Shown here: one piece after another, positions 9,097 to 17,266 of the stretch | Layout: each line of letters opens with the position of its first letter | Position numbering within the stretch: position 1 is the stretch's first letter | Position numbers and translations under genes: made by a program | Virus record (IMG/VR): IMGVR_UViG_3300022179_000767 | Location: 1-39,305 of that record | Strand: one strand, 5' to 3' | Length of the DNA stretch: 39,305 nt | From: a virus | Lineage: Duplodnaviria; Caudoviricetes | Notes under the pieces: model-generated | The model's input: the letters and a program-made list of their open reading frames with translations, nothing else | What the model was told of the DNA's origin: nothing | Databases searched by the model: none

Positions 9097-9728
9097 TCGG
9101 CCTCTCCAATTCTAAAGCAGCCAAACCCAAGGCCCGTGCTCGACTTACTGTCGTGACGGCCTTCACCAATCCCAACCTGCACACCTGCACGCATCAGCAA
9201 GTTGGAAACGTCAGTCAGAGTAAACTGATCTTCGTCGAACTTCACGCGCAGATCGATCCACCACTCGCGCCACATGGGACGCACGCGAATATCAACGACG
9301 CCCGTCGCATTGCGCGTATGCATATCAAGACGCTCCCAGTCGCCGTGTACATGCACCAGAGGCACGCCATCGACGGCGTCAAACGTATCGGCCTCGACAA
9401 AGACCGACAGTTTCGCGAGCGTCATCTTGAACCCGACGAGACGGCAGGCGGAGATCATCGCGTTGCGGAACGCGCCAGCCGGCACGCCAGCCTTGCCATC
9501 AACGCCGATATGCATGGCGTCCCGGCAGTCCTGATCAAAGTCACGCGCCTCGCGGACCTTCTTGCCTTTGCTGGTGCTGCCCGCAGCCATTTTCGCCATC
9601 ATCGCTTGTTTTGCTTTGGCGGAGAAGCGGGCTTGAACGAACGGCGACGTGCCAATCAGGCGAAACGTCGCAGTCTGGATTTTGGGCGCAGATATAGCGA
9701 CAACGCTCGTAGTCTTTTGCATAGCCAT
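9093..9728 (-). CDS. Stand-alone Cas7/RAMP-like RNA-binding protein (~211 aa)
   Basis: RAMP hallmarks: first strand FRLIGTSP, GVPAGAFRNAMISA helix, C-terminal Gly-rich loop GIGEGR...GLGFGCFRI; RBS ggag before the ATG at 9728. Confidence 0.82.
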   Translation of the reverse strand: MAMQKTTSVVAISAPKIQTATFRLIGTSPFVQARFSAKAKQAMMAKMAAGSTSKGKKVREARDFDQDCRDAMHIGVDGKAGVPAGAFRNAMISACRLVGFKMTLAKLSVFVEADTFDAVDGVPLVHVHGDWERLDMHTRNATGVVDIRVRPMWREWWIDLRVKFDEDQFTLTDVSNLLMRAGVQVGIGEGRHDSKSSTGLGFGCFRIGEAE

Positions 9729-9767
9729 TTCTAACTCCATCAACAGATCATAAGTCCGAAACTATTA

Positions 9768-10103
9768 TCAGACCTTTCTTCTCACGGGCCTTGGCGTTTC
9801 ATATGCAGCCACCCCGTATTCACCTTTTGAGAACCCAAACGTCTGTTCAGGCGCATTTGCGAATTCTATGAACTCTTGCACTTTGCCTATATGGGCGCTG
9901 TTGAGAATGATCTTACCGCGATCTTCCCAATGGACATCACCTCGCGGATCTTTCTTGCGATACAACTGTGTCGCAAAAACAAAATCCGTTTCGTGGAGTT
10001 CTTTATAGAACTCGTCGATAGTCTGCGCAGGGTGCTCCACAGTCACCTGATGGACCAGATATCCCTGCGCAGACGGCATGTTCATTGTGATGAGTAAGAT
10101 CAC
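9768..10103 (-). CDS. Hypothetical protein
   Basis: 111 aa ORF co-directional in the operon, aagg RBS. Confidence 0.7.
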   Translation of the reverse strand: MILLITMNMPSAQGYLVHQVTVEHPAQTIDEFYKELHETDFVFATQLYRKKDPRGDVHWEDRGKIILNSAHIGKVQEFIEFANAPEQTFGFSKGEYGVAAYETPRPVRRKV

Positions 10104-10112
10104 TTCTTCACC

Positions 10113-10400
10113 TTAAATCTTCTCAATCGCCGCACGCCCGAGAGGAGTGTCGGCCAGATCGCCCAGCGCATTCATATAGAGATCGATCATAGCCTGACGT
10201 TCGTCGCGCTTTTCTTTATCTTCAGCACGCATCTTAATCACGGCTCGAACGATCTTCACGTCATACCCCGCAGATTTGACCTCAAGATAGATGTCCTTGA
10301 TGTCTTCTGCGATTTGGCTCTTGTCGCTTTCGAGCGCCTCGATCCTATCGATGAACGAGGCGAGATGCGACGGGTTCAAATTGTGTCCTGCTTTAGCCAT
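10113..10400 (-). CDS. gapR: GapR/DUF2312-like DNA-binding protein
   Basis: LASFIDRIEALE.DK..IAEDIKDIY.EVKSAGYDVK.VR.VI..R signature; ggagg RBS before the ATG at 10400. Confidence 0.9.
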   Translation of the reverse strand: MAKAGHNLNPSHLASFIDRIEALESDKSQIAEDIKDIYLEVKSAGYDVKIVRAVIKMRAEDKEKRDERQAMIDLYMNALGDLADTPLGRAAIEKI

Positions 10401-10453
10401 TGAAGCCTCCATAAATAACCTTGGGGGATTGCTCCCCCAAGGCTACCCCCTCT

Positions 10454-11116
10454 TCAGCCGAAATCCTCGTCGTCAGCGGCGGCCATTGCCGGCGCTTTCT
10501 GCGGAGCTTCGACCCTTTGTGACCCCGTGGAAGGCGGCGCAGACGGGCGAGACGGCGCAGCTTTTCCGCGTGGTGACGGCTTCAAATCCTTAGGCCGCGG
10601 CACCCAAGACACGATCTTGAATTGCGGCTGGTAGTTCGTGCTCTTGTTGTTCCCGCCGCCGGACTCGACGGCGATGGTGTCATCAAGAACAACGACAGGC
10701 AGCTTGCCGGGGTTTTTCGCGGAGCCGGCGATATAATCGTCGTGCAGCGCGTTGAACCCATCGAGGAACGCGCCGGCCGTCGAGGCCATCTCGCGACAGT
10801 CGCCGCCGCACTCGGCGCTCAACTTAATCACGAAACGCGTGCCCTGCTTATGGTTCGGCGTCGGGCCCTCTTCTGGGAACTCTTCGCCGAGAGGAACGAG
10901 CTGGAAGTCGGGCGCGGCTCCCTTAGGAAATGCAATCCAACCCACCTCGATGTTCTCCATGTCGAACACCGCCTTAAAGTTGCGCGTGATATCGACCGGA
11001 TTGTTTTGACCGTCTTCACGATCCACACGAAACGCACGGCCAGCGCGCGCGTCGTACTTGCAGACCGGCAGAAAGTCGCCGCCGCCAGAACGGCGGTAAT
11101 TAAGACCAAGACCCAT
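10454..11116 (-). CDS. Putative single-stranded DNA-binding/annealing protein
   Basis: Adjacent to an exonuclease; Pro/Ala linker and acidic C-terminal tail DDEDFG. Confidence 0.6.
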   Translation of the reverse strand: MGLGLNYRRSGGGDFLPVCKYDARAGRAFRVDREDGQNNPVDITRNFKAVFDMENIEVGWIAFPKGAAPDFQLVPLGEEFPEEGPTPNHKQGTRFVIKLSAECGGDCREMASTAGAFLDGFNALHDDYIAGSAKNPGKLPVVVLDDTIAVESGGGNNKSTNYQPQFKIVSWVPRPKDLKPSPRGKAAPSRPSAPPSTGSQRVEAPQKAPAMAAADDEDFG

Positions 11117-11173
11117 GACACACTCCAAAGCGGTGATTTAGCTCACCGCATGCTCCCGCTCACTTGAGCAAGC

Positions 11174-11926
11174 TCAGATGCCAAACACCTCATACGCGTT
11201 TTTGCGCGCTAGAGGATCGGCGAAATAGAAACTGTCCACGTCAGGCATCACAATCGACGCGAGTTCTTGCGGATCGTTAGTGACTGACAAAAAGCGCTGG
11301 ATGGCGAAGGCGATTTTTTCAAGCGCCTTTACATGCTCATCGCTGTTTTCCAATCGATAGACGGCCGTCTTCGATGGCGTCGTATAGCAAACGCGCGTGT
11401 CGAGATTGTTGCCTCGCGCGGCGTTATAGAGCGCGACCTGACGCGCGTGGTTAGTGCTTATCTTCGACGGCAACTTATGCGTTGTCTTTAGATCCACGAG
11501 GATGCCGTGATCGGCCCACTCAAAATCGTAGAACCCAATGACGGGGACGAAGAGGCCCTCGACCTTCCACTCGATCTTACCCTGCGCAGACGATGGCTTG
11601 CCGTAAGGCTTCAATTCTTGCAGACCGGCCTTCACCATCGCGGGGATGGCCGTGATCTCTTTCTCTTTGCGCGGGTCGCCAGATAAAGCGGCGAGACCTG
11701 AGAAAACCTTGCGAGCCTCAGACACGCAATCTTCCAAAGGCGCGTCATCAAACAAGCCCTTCGCGATGCCAGCTTCAACAGCGTTGCCGCGATGAGCCGC
11801 AGCGCCTACAGGCGCTTTGCGCTTGAGGATGCGCTCCATCACATACATCGCCGGAGATGCAACGAAAAGGTTGCAAGCAGACGGTGACAGATGATCGATT
11901 TCGTATCGTTCAAAACAATTCGTCAT
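11174..11926 (-). CDS. PD-(D/E)XK nuclease (RecB/Cas4-like fold exonuclease)
   Basis: HLSPSA, RGNAVE, IGFYDF, LVDLKTT and QVALY motifs. Confidence 0.85.
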   Translation of the reverse strand: MTNCFERYEIDHLSPSACNLFVASPAMYVMERILKRKAPVGAAAHRGNAVEAGIAKGLFDDAPLEDCVSEARKVFSGLAALSGDPRKEKEITAIPAMVKAGLQELKPYGKPSSAQGKIEWKVEGLFVPVIGFYDFEWADHGILVDLKTTHKLPSKISTNHARQVALYNAARGNNLDTRVCYTTPSKTAVYRLENSDEHVKALEKIAFAIQRFLSVTNDPQELASIVMPDVDSFYFADPLARKNAYEVFGI

Positions 11927-11929
11927 GCA

Positions 11930-12030
11930 GCGAATATGAGCGCGATGCGTTTGGCTGTCAACTGGAGCCGGGACAGTTTGTCCCCAGCCCCGATTTGACA
12001 AAGGGGACAATTTGTCCCTACCTTCGCCAG
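11930..12030. promoter_or_regulatory. Divergent sigma70-type promoters with two palindromic operators
   Basis: TTGACA on - (11956-11961) and + (11995-12000); GGGACA-N3-TGTCCC at 11970-11984 and 12004-12018. Confidence 0.75.
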
Positions 12031-12228
12031 ATGAGCAAATCACCACTCGACTGGATGCTGATCGACCGCGCCGCGGAAGCTATTGGCGTCTCTAGGGAAA
12101 GTCGCAAGAAATGGCGGCAGCGCAACCATGTGCCATACCGCTGGCGGCTTCCCCTAATCACGCAAACAGGCGGCCTTCTGTCCGTTAACGATTTCGTTAA
12201 TCACGATAAGAAAAGGAAAAAACAATGA
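12031..12228 (+). CDS. Small Cro-like HTH regulator
   Basis: AAEAIGVSRESRKKWRQRNHVP HTH pattern; first gene after the operators. Confidence 0.7.
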   Translation: MSKSPLDWMLIDRAAEAIGVSRESRKKWRQRNHVPYRWRLPLITQTGGLLSVNDFVNHDKKRKKQ

Positions 12229-12680
12229 TCAGATGCATCATGGGAGTGGACCCGGGGGCGAGCGGAGCCGTCGCTTTTTACTTCTTTGAATTTCCTGAAA
12301 AGATCGCCGTTTATGATGTGCCCACGGTCGATGGCGAGATCGACTGCGCGGCGCTGGCTGACCTTATGCAAAAATTTCAGCCCGACTATGCCGTTATAGA
12401 GCGGGTCGGGGCTATGCCTAAGCAGGGTTTGTCGAGCACTTTTAAATTCGGCACCGCATACGGCATGGCCCGCGGCGTGATCGCTGCGATGAAGACGCCC
12501 TACACCTTAGTCGTTCCCGGCGTATGGAAACGGCATTTCCGGCTGCCTCCTGATAAGGAAGCCGCGCGCGCATTGGCAATTCGGTTGTGGCCATCGTCGG
12601 AAGGCTTTCGCCGCAAGAAGGACCACGGCCGCGCGGAAGCGGCCCTGATCGCGAAGTTTGGCGCAGACACGTTGTTCTGA
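12225..12680 (+). CDS. ruvC: RuvC-like Holliday junction resolvase
   Basis: MGVDPGASGA, VIERV, STFKFG..YG, P.VWK and DHGRAEAALIA motifs. Confidence 0.9.
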   Translation: MIRCIMGVDPGASGAVAFYFFEFPEKIAVYDVPTVDGEIDCAALADLMQKFQPDYAVIERVGAMPKQGLSSTFKFGTAYGMARGVIAAMKTPYTLVVPGVWKRHFRLPPDKEAARALAIRLWPSSEGFRRKKDHGRAEAALIAKFGADTLF

Positions 12681-14794
12681 TGAGTGAGCTGATGCAATTT
12701 GATCCTGAGTTTGCTGCGCCGCCAGACTGGGCGCAGGCATACAGAGATTTGGGCTTGCAGGTCGTCCCGGCGCATACGCCGCGCGACGGCGGCAAGTCAT
12801 GGAAGAGGCCCGCGCTGCCGCAGTGGCGCGCTCTCGAGCACGAACTCGCGCCTGATCTGACGTTCCAACGCTGGTACGGGTCAGATGGCGAGCATGTGCG
12901 TCGTCAAAACATGGGCATCATCACGGGGGCCTGCTCCGGCGGCGTCTTTGTGGTCGATGTCGATCTCCAAAAACAGGACAGCGCCCGCCTTTGGTGGGAA
13001 GGCATCCTGTCTCTACACAACATGGGCGGCGATCTTGAGACGCCATCGCAGACAACCGGCGGCGGCGGGAAACAGTATTTGTTTCGCGCGCCAAGTGGTT
13101 GGAATTCGCCGACTTTCAAGACTAGCGTGGGAGTGGATGTTCGAGGCGCAGGTGGCTTCGCCATGCTGCCGCCGTCGCAGCATGAAAGCGGCGCATACTA
13201 CAAATGGGATGAAGGATTTTCACCTTGGGAAACTGATATCCTCGAAGCGCCTTCGTGGCTCTGCGACGAGATTGACCGGCTTGCGGAAGAGCACGGCGGC
13301 CGCTCTGTCTCGGTGACGGGTGAGAAGACGCCGACGCCGCCGCATTCGATGACGCCTTTTGGGCGCGTGATCGACGGCCGCGAGGACTATGCGACGAGGC
13401 TCGTCTGGGCGCGTGTCGTCGAAGAATACAGAGCCGCGCCAATCCCGCTGGTGCAAAGCGAAATCGACCGCATTGCGGCCGAAATCTTCGCCACTTACGA
13501 GCGCAACGTCGAAAGCCGTCTAAAGGTGCCGGGCGTGTCCCGGGCGGACCTTCTAGAGAGGGAAGGCCGTGGATACTCCATGGTCCTCTTCAAAACCTAC
13601 GCCGCCTTCAAACAGTGGGACGGCAAGGTTCGTGAACATGCGCAGCAAGAGCCGCCGGGCGGGCGGCGAGAAAACCCTACAAGCGATAAATACGAAGAGG
13701 CGACGACGCTCAAGTTCGACGCCTCAACCGGCGAGATCACGCGCGAACCAGCGTCTGACACTTACGAGATGCTCAACATCGTGGGCATCAAGGCGCTGCC
13801 TGAGCCAAAGTACCTGATCGACAAGCTCATCATCGAGCGCGCAATGGGCTTCATTTATGGCGCTCCCGGCTGCGGCAAGACGTTCATCGCCCTCGACATT
13901 GCTCTGTCAGTCGCCGGCTCAATTAAGTCATGGTGGGACCGCAAGATCTATAAGAGCGGCCCCGTCCTCTACATATCTTCAGAAGGCGTTGGCGATCTCA
14001 AGAACCGCATCAGCGCATGGGAAGTCGAGCAGCAAACAATCTCTGACGCATTTCCGTTTTTCCTGATCAGGCAGAACATCAACTTCATGGCGGAGCCTGA
14101 TGTCGAGCGCCTGCTCAGAACCGTCGCGAAGCTCACCGTCGAGAACGGCCAGCCCGTTGCAGTCTTTGTTGACACCGTTAGCCGTGTGCTACCCGGGGCA
14201 GACGAGAACCTGCAAAAAGATATGACGTTGTTTATTCGCGCCTGTGACGCGGTGCGTGAGGCGTTCGACACGGCCGTGATAGGCGTTCACCACACCAGCC
14301 GCGCCGGCAATCTGCGCGGCAGCACCGTCTTCGACGGCGCAGGCGATTTTTTGTTGCAGGTCGAGCGCGAAGAAGGCGAATGGACCGGCGAGATCATCGC
14401 CCGCAAGATCAAGAGCGCGCAGGATGGGTGGAGACTTCCGTTCGAGTTAGTCAGGAAGCCAATCCCCAATACTATCGGCGGCGAGTCCCTAATTGCCCGC
14501 CCGCTGTCTGAAGACAAAAAGCCAAAGAACAAACTGCCTGAGAAGGAAACTCTTAGGAGAATTCTTGACGAAATGCGTCAGGCGTGGATTGATAAGAACC
14601 CTTGGACGCTTTCAACACATGGGCGAGCCAAGGCGCGCAGCGCGATTGTTATGATGCAAGTTCGATATAGCGTGCCTGAAAAGATCGCTCAGTTCCTCAT
14701 CGATCAATGGATAACGAATGAGGTCATCAAGGAGGGCTTGTGCGATACGCATTCAAAGAGGATGGGCATACAGGTCATAGGAGGGATTGACTGA
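12680..14794 (+). CDS. Bifunctional primase-polymerase fused to AAA (RepA-like) helicase
   Basis: Prim-Pol motifs NMGIITG, VVDVD, TGGGGKQYLF, DVRG.GGF..LPPS.H; Walker A GAPGCGKT, VFVDT, VHHT; TGATG coupling to RuvC. Confidence 0.92.
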   Translation: MSELMQFDPEFAAPPDWAQAYRDLGLQVVPAHTPRDGGKSWKRPALPQWRALEHELAPDLTFQRWYGSDGEHVRRQNMGIITGACSGGVFVVDVDLQKQDSARLWWEGILSLHNMGGDLETPSQTTGGGGKQYLFRAPSGWNSPTFKTSVGVDVRGAGGFAMLPPSQHESGAYYKWDEGFSPWETDILEAPSWLCDEIDRLAEEHGGRSVSVTGEKTPTPPHSMTPFGRVIDGREDYATRLVWARVVEEYRAAPIPLVQSEIDRIAAEIFATYERNVESRLKVPGVSRADLLEREGRGYSMVLFKTYAAFKQWDGKVREHAQQEPPGGRRENPTSDKYEEATTLKFDASTGEITREPASDTYEMLNIVGIKALPEPKYLIDKLIIERAMGFIYGAPGCGKTFIALDIALSVAGSIKSWWDRKIYKSGPVLYISSEGVGDLKNRISAWEVEQQTISDAFPFFLIRQNINFMAEPDVERLLRTVAKLTVENGQPVAVFVDTVSRVLPGADENLQKDMTLFIRACDAVREAFDTAVIGVHHTSRAGNLRGSTVFDGAGDFLLQVEREEGEWTGEIIARKIKSAQDGWRLPFELVRKPIPNTIGGESLIARPLSEDKKPKNKLPEKETLRRILDEMRQAWIDKNPWTLSTHGRAKARSAIVMMQVRYSVPEKIAQFLIDQWITNEVIKEGLCDTHSKRMGIQVIGGID

Positions 14795-15033
14795 TGAGCC
14801 ACATGTCAGAATTAGCTGCATCTGTTGAAATAGCGAAAGGAATGATGGGGATGAATGACATAAACAAAAAATACGCCGCAGCAATGAAGCGCACAGAAAC
14901 GCTTGAAGAAATCCTTGAAGAGGTTTGTTCTTATCTCGAAGGCAGGGCCGACATGATCGCTGATCGGGATGGGGACGCTCCGAATGCTGAACTGTTTTTG
15001 TTGTCTTGGATTAGATCGGAGTTGAGCAAATGA
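14794..15033 (+). CDS. Hypothetical protein
   Basis: Translationally coupled ORF. Confidence 0.6.
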   Translation: MSHMSELAASVEIAKGMMGMNDINKKYAAAMKRTETLEEILEEVCSYLEGRADMIADRDGDAPNAELFLLSWIRSELSK

Positions 15034-15230
15034 GCAATGATCTTGTGAAGCGGCTGCGCAAGGATTGGACGCCTATCTATGGCGGCTGCGTAGGCACAAT
15101 GTTTGAAGCCGCCGACCGCATAGAGGCGCTTGAGAAGGCGCTGCGGTTCTATGCCGAATACACGCCTGTGTATTCTCAGCAGGACTTTCGTTCTGTCGCC
15201 CGCGCTGCGCTGGAGGGGAAAGATGTATAA
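15030..15230 (+). CDS. Small phage hypothetical protein (DLVKRLR...EAADRIEALEKAL)
   Basis: ATGA overlap; common small phage gene pattern. Confidence 0.7.
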   Translation: MSNDLVKRLRKDWTPIYGGCVGTMFEAADRIEALEKALRFYAEYTPVYSQQDFRSVARAALEGKDV

Positions 15231-15400
15231 AAGACCCGATTTTATAGAAATAACTGAGTTAACAGAGACACAAAGAAGGTTAGTTAGCGCATTGGACCGC
15301 ATGGGTGAAAACTTTTCCCATTTTGGGGAAAATGCAGTCGCGAAAGCTATTCAGGACATGATTGATGAAGCTGTCCGCGCTGCGCTGGAGGGGGAAGATG
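15200..15400 (+). repeat. 26-bp direct repeat flanking one small gene
   Basis: ccgcgctgcgctggaggggRaagatg at 15200-15225 and 15375-15400 (25/26 identical). Confidence 0.85.
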
Positions 15401-15411
15401 CAAACGATTGA
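15223..15411 (+). CDS. Hypothetical protein (MYKRPDFIEI...)
   Basis: ggagg RBS; lower GC than its neighbours. Confidence 0.65.
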   Translation: MYKRPDFIEITELTETQRRLVSALDRMGENFSHFGENAVAKAIQDMIDEAVRAALEGEDAND

Positions 15412-16084
15412 GCACGCGCTTTTCCCGACGCTCGTTCTGGAAACCTTCAACGAGGATCACGCTGAACTAAAGAAAGCGTTCGAGAAGAAGATCCTCGGCT
15501 ACATGAGCGACAAGGGCTTCTCCAATGAGCTGACCGGCCATCTCACCATGCACCATGAAAAGGCGTTCAGGCCGGTGTTCGAGATGGCGACGAATTTGGC
15601 GCGCACCTACATAGAGACGCTCAAGGTCGATCCCGGCCTCTATCAATTCAACGTCGTGAAGTCTTGGATGAACATCGTGCGTGAGCGCGCCACGCCCATG
15701 CACGCTCACCGGGATGCTCACCTGTCCTTCGTCTACTACGTCAACATCCCTGAAGACGCGGACATGGCGCTGGTGTTCGAGCAGGACGACTACAGGCACG
15801 AACCGTTCGCCGGGTGCATCAAGAACGCACCGCCGTCAGAGTGGACGTGGCTGAACTCCTACACGTGGAGCTTTGGCCCTAAGGAGGGCGTCATGTTCAT
15901 CTTCCCTGCCAGCATGATCCACGGAACGCCTTCTCGGTCTGGCGATCCTGACAGCGGCATCTTCACGGTGGACGACTATCGCAAGCACCGCGTCTCCATC
16001 GCTGGCGACTTCGTGCTCACATACAGGGACAAGCAGGCCAAGTCGCTCGGCATCCAGCCGGTCGAGAACTGGCGCACGTTCTAG
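15398..16084 (+). CDS. 2OG-Fe(II) oxygenase-like protein (TIGR02466-like)
   Basis: LFPT, SWMN, HAH, SFVYYV, FPASMIHG and RVSIA motifs. Confidence 0.85.
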   Translation: MQTIEHALFPTLVLETFNEDHAELKKAFEKKILGYMSDKGFSNELTGHLTMHHEKAFRPVFEMATNLARTYIETLKVDPGLYQFNVVKSWMNIVRERATPMHAHRDAHLSFVYYVNIPEDADMALVFEQDDYRHEPFAGCIKNAPPSEWTWLNSYTWSFGPKEGVMFIFPASMIHGTPSRSGDPDSGIFTVDDYRKHRVSIAGDFVLTYRDKQAKSLGIQPVENWRTF

Positions 16085-16095
16085 GGGAGAAGGCC

Positions 16096-16392
16096 ATGGA
16101 AGACATAGTCGAACGCCTGCGCGCAGAAGACCCGGAGACGGGTTTACGCCATAGCATCGCATCAGAGGCCGCCGATCATATCGAGGCGCTCCACAAGCTC
16201 GTCACGAGCTACGAACAGCTCACGAGAACGGTCGCGCAGGAATTCAAAAACACCATCAAATCGGTGAAAGAATTGCAGACCGAAAACGCGCGCCTCCGCA
16301 AGTTACTGACGCGCGCGGAGGCCGTCATGCACAAGCAGGATGAGGAAATCGCCGCGCTGTTAAAGCGCGCGCCGAAAGAAAAGACCCACTAA
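16096..16392 (+). CDS. Hypothetical coiled-coil protein
   Basis: DIVERLR...EAADHIE pattern, ggag RBS. Confidence 0.7.
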   Translation: MEDIVERLRAEDPETGLRHSIASEAADHIEALHKLVTSYEQLTRTVAQEFKNTIKSVKELQTENARLRKLLTRAEAVMHKQDEEIAALLKRAPKEKTH

Positions 16393-16408
16393 CCAACAGG
16401 AGCGAACA

Positions 16409-16621
16409 ATGCAGGACAACGCACACACCCGCACGAGCTTAACATTCGAAGAGAAAATCATCGTCGCATGGTCGTATCACGTTCGCGGCATCGCGCAGCA
16501 AGATCTGGCCAGCATCTTCAACATCAACCAAGGGCGCATCAGCGAAGCCTGCACGGCCGTGGAGCGCGCCCTCAAACAGAACGACAAGCCGGTCGTCTGG
16601 CGCGAGGAAACAGGCAATTAA
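16409..16621 (+). CDS. Small HTH DNA-binding protein
   Basis: GIAQQDLASIFNINQGRISE; aggag RBS. Confidence 0.75.
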   Translation: MQDNAHTRTSLTFEEKIIVAWSYHVRGIAQQDLASIFNINQGRISEACTAVERALKQNDKPVVWREETGN

Positions 16622-16636
16622 CACTCTAGCCAAAGG

Positions 16637-16855
16637 TGCGGATAAATGCGGAATAACTGCGGATAAAATCGTCGATTTGCGGATAAAATAGCATAAGTCA
16701 TTGAAAACACTTGCGGAATAGGATTTGCGGAGAATTGCGGATAAATGCGGATAAATTAGCGTAAGCCATTGAAATCATTGGTGCGGATAATTTGCGGAAT
16801 TAAGCGGTACCCCATTAGGGGTACCACCGCGGGGTCGCTTGAACTCCCCCGCGGT
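16637..16855. repeat. Iteron-like repeats and hairpins, candidate replication origin
   Basis: Ten TGCGGA(TAA) copies at 16637-16798 in an AT-rich stretch, followed by two inverted repeats. Confidence 0.75.
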
Positions 16856-16888
16856 TTTCACAGTGACAGACGGACGAGCGAGGGCGAG

Positions 16889-17266
16889 ATGCAGACGGAA
16901 TTGAAAATTGAAAATGGAGCGCAGACGGAGGCGCAGACGAGCGCGGATGCGGGCGACGGCGTGAGGCAGTCGGCGCTCGACATTGCGCCGATTGGCAAGC
17001 GGTCACCGCCACGGCATGACGAGATACTGATCGCGCAGACAGGCGACTGGGTGCTGACGCTGGTCGGGGAGTGGAGCAACGAGCGGTGGGTCTCGTGCAA
17101 GTTGTACTACGTCGGCGAGGAGAAGCGCAGGCGCACGCTGTTTTATGTCGGCGTGAGCGGCGGCCGTCATTCGCGAAACCGGGATGTCGCATATCTGCAA
17201 AAAAATCATGCGGAGATTTTGGAGTGGATCGTCGCGCAGGCGATGGCGACGCGGAGGACGGCATGA
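16889..17266 (+). CDS. Hypothetical protein
   Basis: ATG at 16889 with gagg RBS; ATGA overlap with the next gene. Confidence 0.6.
   Translation: MQTELKIENGAQTEAQTSADAGDGVRQSALDIAPIGKRSPPRHDEILIAQTGDWVLTLVGEWSNERWVSCKLYYVGEEKRRRTLFYVGVSGGRHSRNRDVAYLQKNHAEILEWIVAQAMATRRTA

Noticed and set aside
11174-11926. Calling the nuclease a true Cas4 adaptation protein
   Set aside because: It lacks the C-terminal cysteine cluster of Cas4 and there is no cas1/cas2; it is better treated as a generic phage PD-(D/E)XK exonuclease
12587-12679. N-terminal extension of the primase ORF given in the track
   Set aside because: It overlaps RuvC; the ATG at 12680 coupled to the RuvC stop is more plausible
16637-16800. 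Second guide-type array or CRISPR
   Set aside because: Repeats are irregularly spaced 6-9-mers in AT-rich DNA with no adjacent RAMP gene; they fit iterons better
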